A DNA stretch of 63,346 nt, filler included, from Octopus bimaculoides (taxonomy: Eukaryota), in the NCBI RefSeq assembly GCF_001194135.2. It is 10 parts of 9 records of this genome, joined end to end, with 100 filler letters (N's around TTAATTAATTAA, not from the genome) between each part and the next. Parts side by side here need not be neighbours in the genome. Positions count along the whole stretch, not along the records: positions 6,496 to 17,783 come from NC_068999.1; positions 17,884 to 30,742 come from NW_026389809.1; 8 more parts are not named here. The stretch is one strand, 5' to 3'. Positions 11,711 to 23,969 of the stretch are shown in pieces. The notes beneath the pieces were generated by a model that saw only the letters and a program-made list of their open reading frames with translations, did no database searches and was not told the origin of the DNA. Within the stretch, counting starts at the first letter, position 1; every line of letters begins with the position of its first letter. The translations under genes and the position numbers were made by a program.

Positions 11711-11814
11711 ATGATGATGATGTAACATAAAACTTTAGTTTATATGCATAAGGGAATACATAAATAAATATAAACAAGTGTACATGTGTATATGTATACA
11801 CACACACACACAAG

Positions 11815-11960
11815 ATGCAGGCATGTTTGTGTGGTTAAGAAGTGCACTTTACAACCATGTGGCCTTAAGTTCAGTCCCACTGAAACATTTCTTCAGTTGG
11901 CCAATGTCATGTAAATGAAATTGCTAAACACTAACTGCACAGAAGCTTATCATGCACGTA
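11815..11960 (+). mobile_element. Degenerate OK-like SINE head
   Basis: GATGCAGGCATGTTTGTGTGGTTAAGAAG...AGTTCAGTCCCACTG. Confidence 0.65.
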
Positions 11961-12024
11961 TGTGTGTATGCAAGCTATTACCACTTTTCACTTAAGATCA
12001 TCTGACCAAAAAACTCCAGGAATA

Positions 12025-12938
12025 CGAGAGTAGGCTGAAAAGTTCATAAGTTGATTATGAAGAAGTGATGCTAGAGCTGCAAAATTTTACATGCATTAAT
12101 TTCAACTCTTCTTATTAATAGCTACATTGCTTCTTTCTAGGTAAACTGACATCTGACTTCAAAGAGGACTTCAAAAGTAAGTAGTAGCAACTTCTCTTGA
12201 AAATGGACAAAATTTGGCATTGTGGTGTTATCAAGTATCTGCAGGAAAAGGGTTTAGACCCCAAACAAGGCTTATGCCATTTCAACAGCAGGAAAAGTGA
12301 TGGTCTCAGTTTTTTGGGATGCAAAAAGCATTGTGTTTATTGACTATTTTCAAAAGGGCCACACCACCAATGGAGAGCATTATGCCAACTTGCTGAGGCA
12401 GTTATGAAAAGCAATCAAGACCAAATGCCCAAGAAGGGGTCTTGTTTCATAAGAACAATGCTACAGCACTCAAGTCCTTGCTTTCAATGGCTACTATGCA
12501 TGACTGTGACTTGAACTGGTTGATCAAATTCCTTGTTCTCCAGATTTGGCCCCATATGACTATGACCTGTCCTTCAACATGAAAAAAACACTTGGCAAGG
12601 AACCAATATTGCAGTGATGATAATGTCATATCTGCTGTTGATGACTTTTTTTGACCAACAAGATGAAAGCTGCTTCACCAATGGGATCTAAACACTGATC
12701 ACAGCCGATTTCTTCTAAGAACAATGAGAAACAGAGAGGAGAAGAGAGAGAAAGAAAAGAATTGAAACCAGAACAAGAGTGTTACTTTATTTATCAACCC
12801 TAAAAGGATGAAAGGCAAAGTTTATCTTGGTTGTATTTGCATGGACTGCAAGGGGGACTATGTTGAAAAATAAACCTCATTTGATCCCATTCAATGTGAG
12901 TATTTTGGTCAGCCTATGAACTTTTCAGCTGACCATCA
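12025..12938 (+). mobile_element. Internally deleted mariner transposon
   Basis: TA-flanked TIRs CGAGAGTAGGCTGAAAAGTTCATAAG and revcomp TGATGGTCAGCTGAAAAGTTCATAGG. Peptides MDKIWHCGVIKYLQEKG, AGKVMVSVFWDAK, SPDLAPYDY, GDYVEK*. Confidence 0.9.
12697..12840 (-). mobile_element. OR-like SINE fragment inside the mariner; near-duplicate at 13340-13480
   Basis: Shared GAAACCAGAACAAxAGTGTTACTTTATTxATCAACCCTAAAAGGATGAAAGGCAAAGTTTAT in both places. Confidence 0.7.
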
Positions 12939-13667
12939 TAAAAACACCCCTACTTGTAAAACAACAAATAGCAGGTGGCAGAAAGAGCATCAGACCATAA
13001 AAATACTGCTTCACATATGTATCGACCTAACCTATGGTAGTATAGGCAGACATAAAATGAATGAGCAAATGATGTGTGTGTGTGTGTATCAGTAGACAAT
13101 GAAGTTCAACAGAGTTATCCAGGTCATCAGAGCTTGTCAAACTGTCCAGTGCATGGTAGCATTGAAGAATGTTATACACACACAAACACACATGCACATG
13201 CGCGCGTGCACACACACACACACAATGCCATGAACCCTCAACTATTGATGGAATTGTTGAGGCACCTTAGTGGCTTATGACATGTTTTAGATATTTTTAG
13301 ACCTTGCAGAGTTAATCTCTCTCCAGGTTTGATCTCAGTCAGTTTCTTCGAAAAACAGTGAGAAACAGAGTGGGGATACAGAGAAAGAGAAGAACTGAAA
13401 CCAGAACAAAAGTGTTACTTTATTCATCAACCCTAAAAGGATGAAAGGCAAAGTTTATTTTGCTTGTATTTGAACTCAGAGCACAGTGAGCTGAAATAAA
13501 AACTACAAGACACTCTGATGCTCTAATGACTGTAACACATGCATATCTATATATGTGTACATATATATGTGTGTGTGTGAATACAAAAGGTCCTGGAAGG
13601 GGAGAAAGATTGGGTATTCCTATGTAGCACTCAACCCACTACTGGATTCCAGTCAGTCATTATCATC

Positions 13668-14525
13668 ATCATCGTTTAACATCTAAATTCCATGCTGGCA
13701 TGAGTTGGATAGTCTGACAGAAGCTGACCAGGAAGAAGACTGCAGCAGACTTCTATGTCAGTTTTGGCATGGTTTTTATGGCTGGATGCCTTTCCAGATG
13801 GCAACCACTTTGCAGTGTGAACTGGATGATTTTTACATGGCACCAGCATTGGCAGGATCACCAGGTGACTTATAAGATAAAGAATCTTTGAGAGTGGTGG
13901 GGGTATTGAAGGTGATCTTGTGTCTGATGATGAAAGGTTAGTGTGACAGAGATAAAAACAGGTGTCTTGCTGTAGAGGAGGTACATGGTTACCTGAAGGG
14001 AGGGAGAGAGGAGGAGAGAGAGAGGAGGAGAGAGAGAGAATGAAGGCAGAAACAGGTGTGCTGCAGTAGAGGAGATACATGGTTACCCAGCCAGAGGAAA
14101 GAGCAAGGGAAAGAGAGAGTGGAAGACAGCAGAGAGAGCAGGAGAGAGATGGTGGCAAAGAGCCAGGGTATACTCACAAGGAACAGGGATCAGAGCACAG
14201 ATGGGATGGTAGAATAAGGAAGAGAGAGATCAATGGTGGCAAGTGTCAGGGCATACCCTCAAGGTATGGAGGTCATAATCTAAGTGGCAGGGTATTGTCA
14301 AGAAAAGCATGAGTAGGGACTGGGGGTGGGGAATGCTGTGACTGGTGAGAACTTGGGTATATAGAGGGTGGTGAGAATAACAACAATACAATGAGCAGGG
14401 CAATGAGGACAGGATTAGGGAGAGGGAGATAATCATAATGTATGAAGAGGAAAAGTGAGGAAGAGAAAAGATGCAGTTTGGAAGAGGATATGTAGTTCGG
14501 GTTGTTGGGGTTTAGAAAATCCAGG
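13668..14525 (-). mobile_element. Composite pyrimidine-rich segment plus RTE tail, inverted homolog of 11050-11710
   Basis: (TCA)n tail at 13668, GGATGCCTTTCCAGATGGCAACC, and shared block GGGTxAxCCATGTATCTCCTCTAC. Confidence 0.7.
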
Positions 14526-14836
14526 TTTCACAATAGTAAAACTGTTGTGTGAGTTTAGCAAAGAGTAAAATATAATACAAATAAGAAAACAAAGAAAGAT
14601 TTTAACATATCGTTAATGACCAGCTACAATTATTTCTGTACCAACTCTGCTTCAATGCCAGTTCACGCAAAAGTTCCAAGTGAAAGTTTATGAAATATTT
14701 GCATTTTTAAACATTAGAGTGGCACTTCACACCTGCACCAAAGGTGCATTCCTACATTGTACATCTGCCAGGCTTTGTGTTTTGTTTATATTGAGAGGAA
14801 ACAAAAAGTAAAGACAAAAAATGTAAATAGATTGTG

Positions 14837-15083
14837 AAAAGATGGAAAGCGCAAGTACAGTGTCACTACCAAAGCAGATAAAAGTATGATTAGGGGATAA
14901 AAAGCAGTTGAAAGAGAAGAGGATGATGAAGAAAAGGGAGAAGGAAGGAGGAGAAATAGAAGAGAGAAAAGAAAAAGATGAGGGTCAAGTACGTCTTGTT
15001 CTTGTTCTTCTACTACTTCTTCATTCCCTAACCATACGTTATCTGCTTTGGTTTTGACACTGTACTTGCTCTGTCCATCTTTT
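14837..15083. repeat. Inverted repeat with about 60-bp arms and a purine/pyrimidine-skewed loop
   Basis: Left arm AAAAGATGGAAAGCGCAAGTACAGTGTCACTACCAAAGCAGATAAAAGTATGATTAGGGGA; right arm revcomp AAAAGATGGACAGAGCAAGTACAGTGTCAAAACCAAAGCAGATAACGTATGGTTAGGGAA. Confidence 0.9.
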
Positions 15084-15559
15084 CTGGGGCACTACCAGTA
15101 TTCTTTTTTTTTTTTTTTTTTTTTTTTTGTTATTTGGCTTAAATACTTATCAGTATTATGAGAGTAGACAGATACAGAAAGGGATGCAGATATAATAGTT
15201 ATTTAGTTAGCTAGATAGTTAGGTGCATAGGTGAGTCTACAAATATCTCAACAAAAACACAGATAGAGAGATATAACTTTTAGCACACTGATTTGCACCT
15301 AGAATTTTCCCCTGCTACTGCATTATTTTTGAGGGAGCAAAAAAACATGAGCACCTACAGTTTTAAAATTATTATAACTTTCTTTATAATGCATGTACTG
15401 ACATGATTTTTGTGTATACTATAAAGTAATGGGTGAGTAATATTTTGATGTAATGCATTTTGTTCTGTATGCATGTGTTGACATTGAAAATACAAAAAAA
15501 AAACAAAACAAAAAAACGTGTTGATATACTATTAACATAACTTGATGACTGTCTATGGA

Positions 15560-17598
15560 GTTCCGGTGTGCAATCTACTTTGTAATCTATCAGACTATGG
15601 AAGCAGGGGTGTGGGCAGAGTACCACATTATATTTTCTGCAGATGGTGGTGAAGCATGATCTTTGAACTTTGAACCTTACAGAGGCAATGACTAGTGACT
15701 GAGACCATTGGTGATGTGCTCTGCTTAAGAGGACCTGTCAAGCCAAGTGCACCCATGCCGGTGGCACATAAAGAAATCAACCTTTGAACGCTGAACCTGA
15801 CAGAGGTAAAGTGGCAGAATTTCTTTTGAGTGTTGGGCCTCATGGAGGTGCGGTGGCTGAGTTCCTTTTGAACATTGTGCCTCATGGAGGCAAAGTGGCC
15901 AAGTTCCTTTTGAGTGTTGGGCCTCATGGAGGCAATGACCAAGACTTTTGGTATTATGTTGTGCTTGAGAAGAAGACCCATCAAACTGAGTAGTTATGGC
16001 AGATGCCGGTGTCACACAACTGGCACCCAAGCCGGTGGCATGTAAAAGCACCCATTACACTCTCAAAGTGGTTGGTGTTAGGAAGGGCATCCAGCCGTAG
16101 AAAACCATGCCAAATCAAACTGGAGCCTGGCACAGCCTTCCGACATGCCAACCCAGTCAAACTGTCCAACCCATGCTAACATGGACAACGAACATTAAAT
16201 GATAATGATGATGATGATGAACTGGATTTGGTGATGCCTTTTCTCTCTGTTTGAACACACAGCACAATCTGGGCAAAGGTCTGCCAGATTTTAGGCACTT
16301 GAGGTTTATAATAAGGTGGTGTTCTGTTAACACCAGCTTCTCTAAGGGAGGGGCTTCTGATTTCCTACCTTTCCTGTGAGACACACCTGACTAGTAGCCT
16401 TCCAGCAGAGAATGTACAATTTTGAGCATTAACCCAGTGAGCTGGCTTGGCTTTCCAGAGGATGAGGGCATTGCAGAAACATATTTCAAAAAAGTAAAAG
16501 AAAATTTTCTTTCACCACTTAGTAGTGCAGCATCATGCAGTATGTCATTTGCTAGTCTGCTCTGTCTATCTGCTCCCTCCACATAAGGTTTGTACACAAT
16601 CCTGGTATGATCTTCATAATGCTTTGAAACTTCTTTTCTGAAGGTCTCAGCAGAGTGGGCAGTTGTCAAAAGATTCACAGGACTTTTCTTTTGTCATATC
16701 AAGAAATGTACAAAATGTGTCCATCCCTGTATGTGATGGGGGATTGCCTGCTCAGAGTCTTGCTGCTTTGGTTTCATTGGGTACAACACCAACTGCCCTT
16801 GGTGCCTGGGCTGTTTCTCAGTGCAAGTACAGCTGTCAATTGTACATGTACCCAGTTTTTGTATCAGCTAGTTCCCAGGTTTACAGGCCCCATTTGGCTG
16901 GTTTTGCTGGCATGTATATTAGTAAGTTTGTTCTTCTTTTGAAAGGAATCACACTTTCATCCACTGAAAGTTTCTTTCCAGGATGAAAGTATGCTCAGGG
17001 TGGTTTCTTGGTTTTGTCATCGAGTTGTCTGAAAGATGGTAAAACGACAGGATTCTCAGACATCTGTCTCCTGCCATGATGTATCTGAAGTCTAGCATCT
17101 TAATAAAGTCTTCAGTCAGCTAATAAATATAATTCAAATGATGAGTGTTTGGTGAGTCCCATCAAAAGTAAAATTGCAATAGATGCCTTCATTTTTTCAA
17201 CAGTGGTATCCTTCCACATGTTGATATATGAGTAGGTGCTAGCATTTTCCCTTCTCTTCTCCTTCAACTGACTGGCATATATATTTGTCTCATTGGCAAA
17301 CTAAGTTATAATTTCATCATTAAAGAAGAGACGAAAGAGTTGTCCGTTAAAAATACCATCAGGTGCCTCCTTGGGGGCTAGTATTTTCCTTAAAATCAGC
17401 CAACCATGGATGATAGTATCCACTCGGTACATCATTCACAAGATCAATAGAAGCACAGTTTCTGTCCTCACCATCGCTTCAAATCATTTCACTATTGATA
17501 TCTGCCTGAGTAAATCCTTCAAAATTGACATCTGAATCAGAATTAAACAAGATTTCTTCCAGAAAAGCTTCATCAAATGCAGGAATGGCTATTGTCAT
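15560..17598 (-). pseudogene. piggyBac (PGBD4-like) transposase pseudogene, split by an RTE insertion
   Basis: LFRLFFNDEII, HPGKKLSVDESVIPFKRR, YMPAKPAKWGL, ADTKTGYMYN, DRAD, and C-terminal cysteine-rich domain DCAVCSNREKRHHQIQFI|CRKYNVVLCPHPCFH. Multiple stops and frameshifts. Confidence 0.9.
15646..16219 (+). mobile_element. 5'-truncated RTE 3' end with an internal 42-bp tandem repeat
   Basis: Tail GGTGTTAGGAAGGGCATCCAGCCGTAGAAAACC...(GAT)n. GATG at both junctions (15642-15645 and 16216-16219). 42-bp unit CTTTTGAGTGTTGGGCCTCATGGAGG... about 4 times at 15782-15935. Confidence 0.88.
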
Positions 17599-17883
17599 TC
17601 TGTAAAAAAAAACTAAAAAAAAACAGCAATCAAATTAAAAGCTTGTGTATCTAGTGATGAGTAAATAAACAATGAAAATGGTGTTATAAAATAGAAGTTT
17701 AACTATTTATCATTATAAATATACAGGGATTAGCAATTGAGTTGCTTCTCCAACATACTGAAAATTTAGAAATAGCAGTCAAANNNNNNNNNNNNNNNNN
17801 NNNNNNNNNNNNNNNNNNNNNNNNNNNTTAATTAATTAANNNNNNNNNNNNNNNNNNNNNNNNNNNNNNNNNNNNNNNNNNNN

Positions 17884-17916
<33 letters not shown>

Positions 17917-18419
17917 TACACACACGCACACGCACGCACACGCACGCACACGTACATTCATGTGTGTGTGTGTGTGTAGGCATTCGATTTATTAGACACC
18001 AGGTGTCAGAGGAAATATGTAGGCAATTCTGTACGGAAACACCACACCCCACCTGCCCAAGATAGTCTTTCACCACCACCAACAACAACAACATCAGTGG
18101 TAGTAGAAGCAGCAGCAGCATCGACAAAATTGCATTCACGCCTGCGCAAGCCTTCTAAACTTCACGCCATGCTATATAACATTTGTTGCTACGTGTCTTT
18201 CAACAAACAAAACGTTGTTATCAGCAGAACTGATTGACTTACTGTAAGCTTTACAGGGAAAATGATGCTTATGTAAATCTGTTGGGCGAATAACGATATG
18301 TTGATAGCTTTGGTATATGTGCGTTTGAGAGAGAGAGAGACTGACTGACTGACTGACTGACTGACTATGTTAGGTGCAAGCCAGAGTAGTCGTCCGTGCA
18401 GAGAAGCACACACAAAAAC

Positions 18420-18471
<52 letters not shown>

Positions 18472-18729
18472 GGAACAAAAACGCAGTAGAGGGCATTAAA
18501 ACGTTCGGACAGTTAGACGGACGATACATAGGCGGACAAGAGAAACAACAATTAGGACAGGCAAAAAAAGATGGGTCATTCTTGGCTTTCTTTCGTCAGT
18601 CAAGTCTCAGAAGTGACGACCGTTTGGGCAGTTACACTTGAGATGGTTCGATCTGGTTGCCCCCCCCCCCCAAAGTCTATTGGTGCTGGTTGCAAAAACA
18701 CAAAGCCAAACAAACAAGCATATATGTAC

Positions 18730-18880
18730 GCGACGGGATTCCACACACTTTCTATCCACGAGATTCACTCGGCCCGGAACTATAGTAGAATTTACTTGTC
18801 CAAGGTGCCACGTATTGAGACTGAACCCACAACTACATGGTTACAAAGCAAGTTGCTTAACCTCACAGCCATGCCCATAC
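18730..18880 (-). mobile_element. OK-like SINE 5' half
   Basis: CCAAGGTGCCACGTATTGAGACTGAACCCACAACTACATGGTT...CACAGCCATGCCC. Confidence 0.75.
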
Positions 18881-18964
18881 CTTTTACAATCGCCTCGGTT
18901 TCATCCCACAAGCACAGCATTTTGGGTTAAGGAATAATTGTTCTACCTTTCTGCCAATCCAGTA

Positions 18965-19245
18965 CGCACTTTGTTCACCCCAACCCGCCAACTCTTTTTT
19001 AAACTACTTTATCAAAATAGAGAGGACAGCACCTTCGATTGTTTACATCTCCGCCACCACACTTGTTTTTTAAGCTACTTTATCAAAAGAAAGAGGGAAG
19101 CACCCTAGATTGTTCACCTCTCCCTCACACTTGTTTTTTAAACTACTCTATCAAAGGANNNNNNNNNNAGCACCCTAGATTGTTCACCTCTCCCTCACAC
19201 TTGTTTTTTAAACTACTCTATCAAAGGAGAGAGGGCAGCACTCGC
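18965..19245. repeat. About 70-bp tandem repeat, about 4 copies (one may be a gap-flank duplication)
   Basis: AGCACC(C/T)...GATTGTT...CACACTTGTTTTTTAAxCTACTxTATCAAA starting at 19028, 19099, 19169 and about 19237. Confidence 0.8.
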
Positions 19246-19940
19246 GACGGTCTCCATGACTTACAAAAGCGATACAAGAAAGAACGTTTAACTGCTGCAA
19301 AATATTAAAAAAAAACCCACCTGACGCAAAACGTTTTGTACAAGATTGGACCCTATTATGGGTACACAAGAAAAAAAAGGGGATGCGTGTGGGTTGGGAG
19401 AGTAGGGGGAGTGGGGTACGGGTTTATTTGATCGAAGAATTTAGAAAAGGCGTACAAGTGAGTAGTCATAGAACGAGTATTTGGGAAAATATTACTGTTC
19501 TTGCATTCTCTATTCTTTCTGTAGAGTTACAACAACTACTACTACTACTGCAGCTGGTGCTGCTACTGCTACTAATACCACCATTACTACTGCTGCTGCT
19601 GCTGGTGTGAGTGTTATATTTAAGTGGTGTTATTGCAAGACTTCAAAGCATGTTGTCACAGACTCGCTGTAGATCGGTTCTTTGTAAGGCACGAAGTCAG
19701 CTGCAAAACACACGCACACTGCCCCCCACACACACATGTACACACACACACACACACACTGCCCCACTACACGCACGCAGTCACACACACACACATGGAG
19801 CAAACTATACAAGCATACATATACATATATACATGCATATATGTGTGTGTGTATATATGCATATATACATTTGGCTGATTGTGCACATACATATGTATGA
19901 ATAATGTGGGTGCGTATAGTGTATACGCATACGTATATAT

Positions 19941-19975
<35 letters not shown>

Positions 19976-19976
<1 letters not shown>

Positions 19977-20181
19977 GGGGTGTACGTAGTTTTAAGGGCA
20001 TCGCAAAAGGCCTGTTTGAAGGCCGAATCTCCCGTCTTAGTTTACAAGGCTTAGAAAAACTTAAGGACCGCTGCAATAAGTGTTTAAATCTGAGAAGGAA
20101 ATATGTTGAATAAAATTATAATTAACTGATGGTCCCGTATTTCCTTTTACCCAAATCCGGGAACTTTTCACCAACCCCTCG
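19976..20181 (+). mobile_element. Mariner 3' fragment
   Basis: C-terminal LQGLEKLKDRCNKCLNLRRKYVE* followed by TIR GGAACTTTTCACCAACCCCTCG|TA. Confidence 0.8.
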
Positions 20182-20914
20182 TACATATATGTAACTATAT
20201 ATATATATATTTATATAGATATTAATTTGTGTGTGTGTGTGTTCAGGCATCGCAAATCACACCCTGATAAAAATATAGAAGCATTTATATTTGTAGATAT
20301 GTCCCCGGCACACACACATACTACTATCTATCTATAAATACGTACATATAGAATAGATGGACACACATATAGGCACACAAAAAAAGCACACACACACACA
20401 CATGTGTATGCTTACATGTAAACGCATTGATAATTTATTCAGTGGCTACCTGATGATGCAAGAATTCACAGCATGTGTGTGAATGTGTGTTTGCATCTGT
20501 GCGATTAGCAGTATACATCTGTATGCCAGTAGTGACTGCCTATCTATCTATCTATCTGTCTATTTGTCTATGTATGTATCTATCTATCTATCTATCTTTT
20601 CATCTATCTGTCTGCTTGTCTGGCCATTTTTCTGTGTGTGTATGTATGAATACATACACACACACACACATATATATATGTACATATATATATATGTACA
20701 TATATATNNNNNNNNNNNNNNNNNNNNNNNNNNNNNNNNNNNNNNNNNNNNNNNNNNNNNNNNNNNNNNNNNNNNNNNNNNNNNNNNNNNNNNNNNNNNN
20801 NNNNNNNNNNNNNNNNNNNNNNNNNNNNNNNNNNNNNNNNNNNNNNNNNNNNNNNNNNNNNNNNNNNNNNNNNNNNNNNNNNNNNNNNNNNNNNNNNNNN
20901 NNNNNNNNNNNNNN

Positions 20915-20964
<50 letters not shown>

Positions 20965-21675
20965 GCACATTTACATAGACAGACAAATAGTTAGATAGAT
21001 AGATGGATAGGTATAGATGGATAAATTGAAAGGTAGATAGATAAATAGATGCACACGTGTGTTTATGAGTAATGAAACTTCTAAGCTCTCAGTGGGCCTA
21101 TAATGAAAGACAGCCCATCCATGACCACACAGGCATATCTTCTTCGATTGAAGGGAAAATGTGGCATTTGATTTGAGGGAGCATTCACTACGATTTCTGG
21201 CAGATGGAGACACCACCGCGTGAAGGCTGCTAGCTCGATTACTATTCCCGCTTGTGATAGTGAAATCAAAGGTAAGAGTGTAGTGAAAGAGAGAGGTGAG
21301 AGAGAGAGAGAGAGAGAGAGAGTGTGAAGTGGAATAGAGAGGCAGAAAGAGTAAAATGAATTGAATGTTTGCGCATGCGTGTAGAGTTGCTGTGTTGCGT
21401 GACCGCAGATTGCTCTGCGTGCACAAAGCATTTTATACAATGAGGAATACGTGATAGTTCTAAACCATACTGCTACATACACTGCAGCATTATGTTTACC
21501 CCTTACAACTGTAGTCATACATACATACATACATACGTACGTACATGCATACATATACATACATGCACACGTCCGTAATGCATACATACTTGCATGCACA
21601 CATGCATGTACATACACGCACATGTTGGTACAAACACACAAAACACACAGACATGTATTCATGCATACAAACACG

Positions 21676-21734
<59 letters not shown>

Positions 21735-21743
21735 TTTTATATA

Positions 21744-21778
<35 letters not shown>

Positions 21779-22386
21779 ACAAAAACATATGCGTTCATAT
21801 ATACGTAAAAATATACGCATATATACACATACATTGACATTCGCACATCGTAATATATGCATATATTACATATATATAGATGTGTGTGTGTATTTGTGTG
21901 TATGTATATATGTATGCATGCTTATAAATGTGTGTGTAAATATATGCATAAATATATATGTATATATTACATATAAGCGTATAGAAATGCATAAGTGTAT
22001 ATATACACACATGTGCGTATATGCATATAAGTATGTTTATAATGTATAATACACACACACACACACACACACAAGCATACCGAGAATTAATCGATATCAG
22101 TCAAAATTTCCTTGCACGCTTTTTCAGTTGTTTGAGCAACTGGAATATCTCTGCATTGAATCACTTGAGAAGTGGCTGCGTAACCCTCAGACACATGCAC
22201 CCTTAATGTAATTCTCTGGTGAAATCAGCGTGACACACTTTTACATGCCTAGGTATATGCTTTGGTATACGGGTGCAATGTACCCGAACGATCTTTGGAT
22301 AGATTCTGTCTATTCAATTTTACTAAGATGTTGTGGTGTTGGTGGTGGTCGTGGTGGGGTCTTATCGAGGCTATAGAAAATGACAG

Positions 22387-22650
22387 GCGTAGGCGTGGCT
22401 GTGTGGGAAGAAGCTTGCTTTCCAACAACATGGTTCCAGGTTCAGTCCCACTGTGTGGCACCTTGGGCAAATGTCTGGTACTCTAACCTCGGACCGACCA
22501 AAGCCTTCTGAGTGGAATCAATAACCGAAAACTCAGAAAGCCTGCCGCATCAGTGTTCGTTTATTCTTTTATTTGTCATTTGCCAGCGACCATGCTGGAG
22601 TACCGCCTTGACGGGTTTGTAGTCGAAAAGATCGACCTCAGGACCTGTTT
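22387..22650. mobile_element. OK-like SINE head (+, 22387-22550) abutting an inverted SINE tail (-, 22551-22650)
   Basis: GGCGTAGGCGTGGCTGTGTGG...GGTTCAGTCCCACTGTGTGGCACC, then GACCATGCTGGAGTACCGCC...AGTCGAAAAGATCGACC. Confidence 0.75.
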
Positions 22651-23664
22651 TTGTAAGCTTGAGCCTCCCTCCCTCTAGCCAGCCAGCCAGCCATACACAC
22701 ACATACAAACCAACCACAGACACCGGGAACTCTCTTAAGTCAAAAAGTCTTGTCGCTTTGTTAGCGACCGGCTTTAACTCTCTTAAGAACTTAAATAAAA
22801 TGGAGAGAAAATATATTCGTACATATGTATACATACATAAATACATACATACATACATATGTTAGTTTGTATATACACACATATGTAAATATACATATAT
22901 ATATAAATAAACAAATATATACCCATACACACACATACACATATACATATAGCAAACGTTACCAACTTTGAGACTCGTTCTGACGAGGTCATTAACAGAC
23001 AAACGCTATTTCAGTTTGTAGACAGTAACTAAATAAGCATAAAACACTCTTTTAACTGCATTGAATCCTTTATTAGGCTTGTGGTCCAGTTGTCTTTATC
23101 AACTAGCACATCTATATACTTACATACATGCGCTCTCTTGTATGTATGTGTGTGTGTGTGTGTAAATAGCTATGCTAATTCCTGTATGCATTTGGGATGC
23201 ATGCAAATTCGTAGGCCTATTATTTGCTTCCAATATATTTTGTTTATCAGAATCGATTAGTGAATAACAACTGAATAATAATAATAATATAATAGTAATA
23301 ATAATAATGATAATAATAATAAAATGGGGGTAAAAGGAATATTTTTTCGTAATGTTTGATTGTCTCGCGAAAATGAATAATAAAAACCCTTAAAAAAAAA
23401 CAACCGACAACACTACACCCTAATAAAAAAAAAACATGCAAACAAAACAAAAATAGGATAACAAATCAATATAAAAGAAACATAGAATTAGTACAACTAC
23501 TAACACATTCATCCATCCATCCACCCATACCAAGAAAAATACAATTTATAAACTCAAATATGAAGCATAAAAACGTTAGGGGAAGACATCTAGCCAAACT
23601 CTCTACAGCAAACTGAATTATGGTAAATTCAATTCCGACGGTATTGATTCCAATATTCCCTTAC

Positions 23665-23796
23665 TAATTGGTAAAAATCACTGCGTTGAAGGTTTCTCCA
23701 AGAAAAATATAACAACAGGAACCATGTGGAATCTATAGAAATGCAACAAAGCTTCGAGGCAGCTGAAGTGTCTGCTAAATAATTTGGGGAACCATT
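23665..23796 (-). other. Candidate 132-nt symmetric exon
   Basis: Pyrimidine-rich acceptor CTATTTACTCCCTTACTCTACCAACAG|, donor |GTAAGG. Only phase 0 is open: NGSPNYLADTSAASKLCCISIDSTWFLLLYFSWRNLQRSDFYQL. Confidence 0.35.
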
Positions 23797-23924
23797 CTGT
23801 TGGTAGAGTAAGGGAGTAAATAGACAAGGATATATACATTCACGCATATGCACATGTATATGCGTATAAGGAGGGATACTTAAATACATACAAATGCACA
23901 GATTCACTAACATGAATACACACT

Positions 23925-23969
<45 letters not shown>

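Noticed and set aside
22975-23015. Hammerhead ribozyme CTGACGAGGTC-ATTAACA-GACAAAC
   Set aside because: The GAAA box is incomplete and stems I and III could not be formed. At most a dead remnant.
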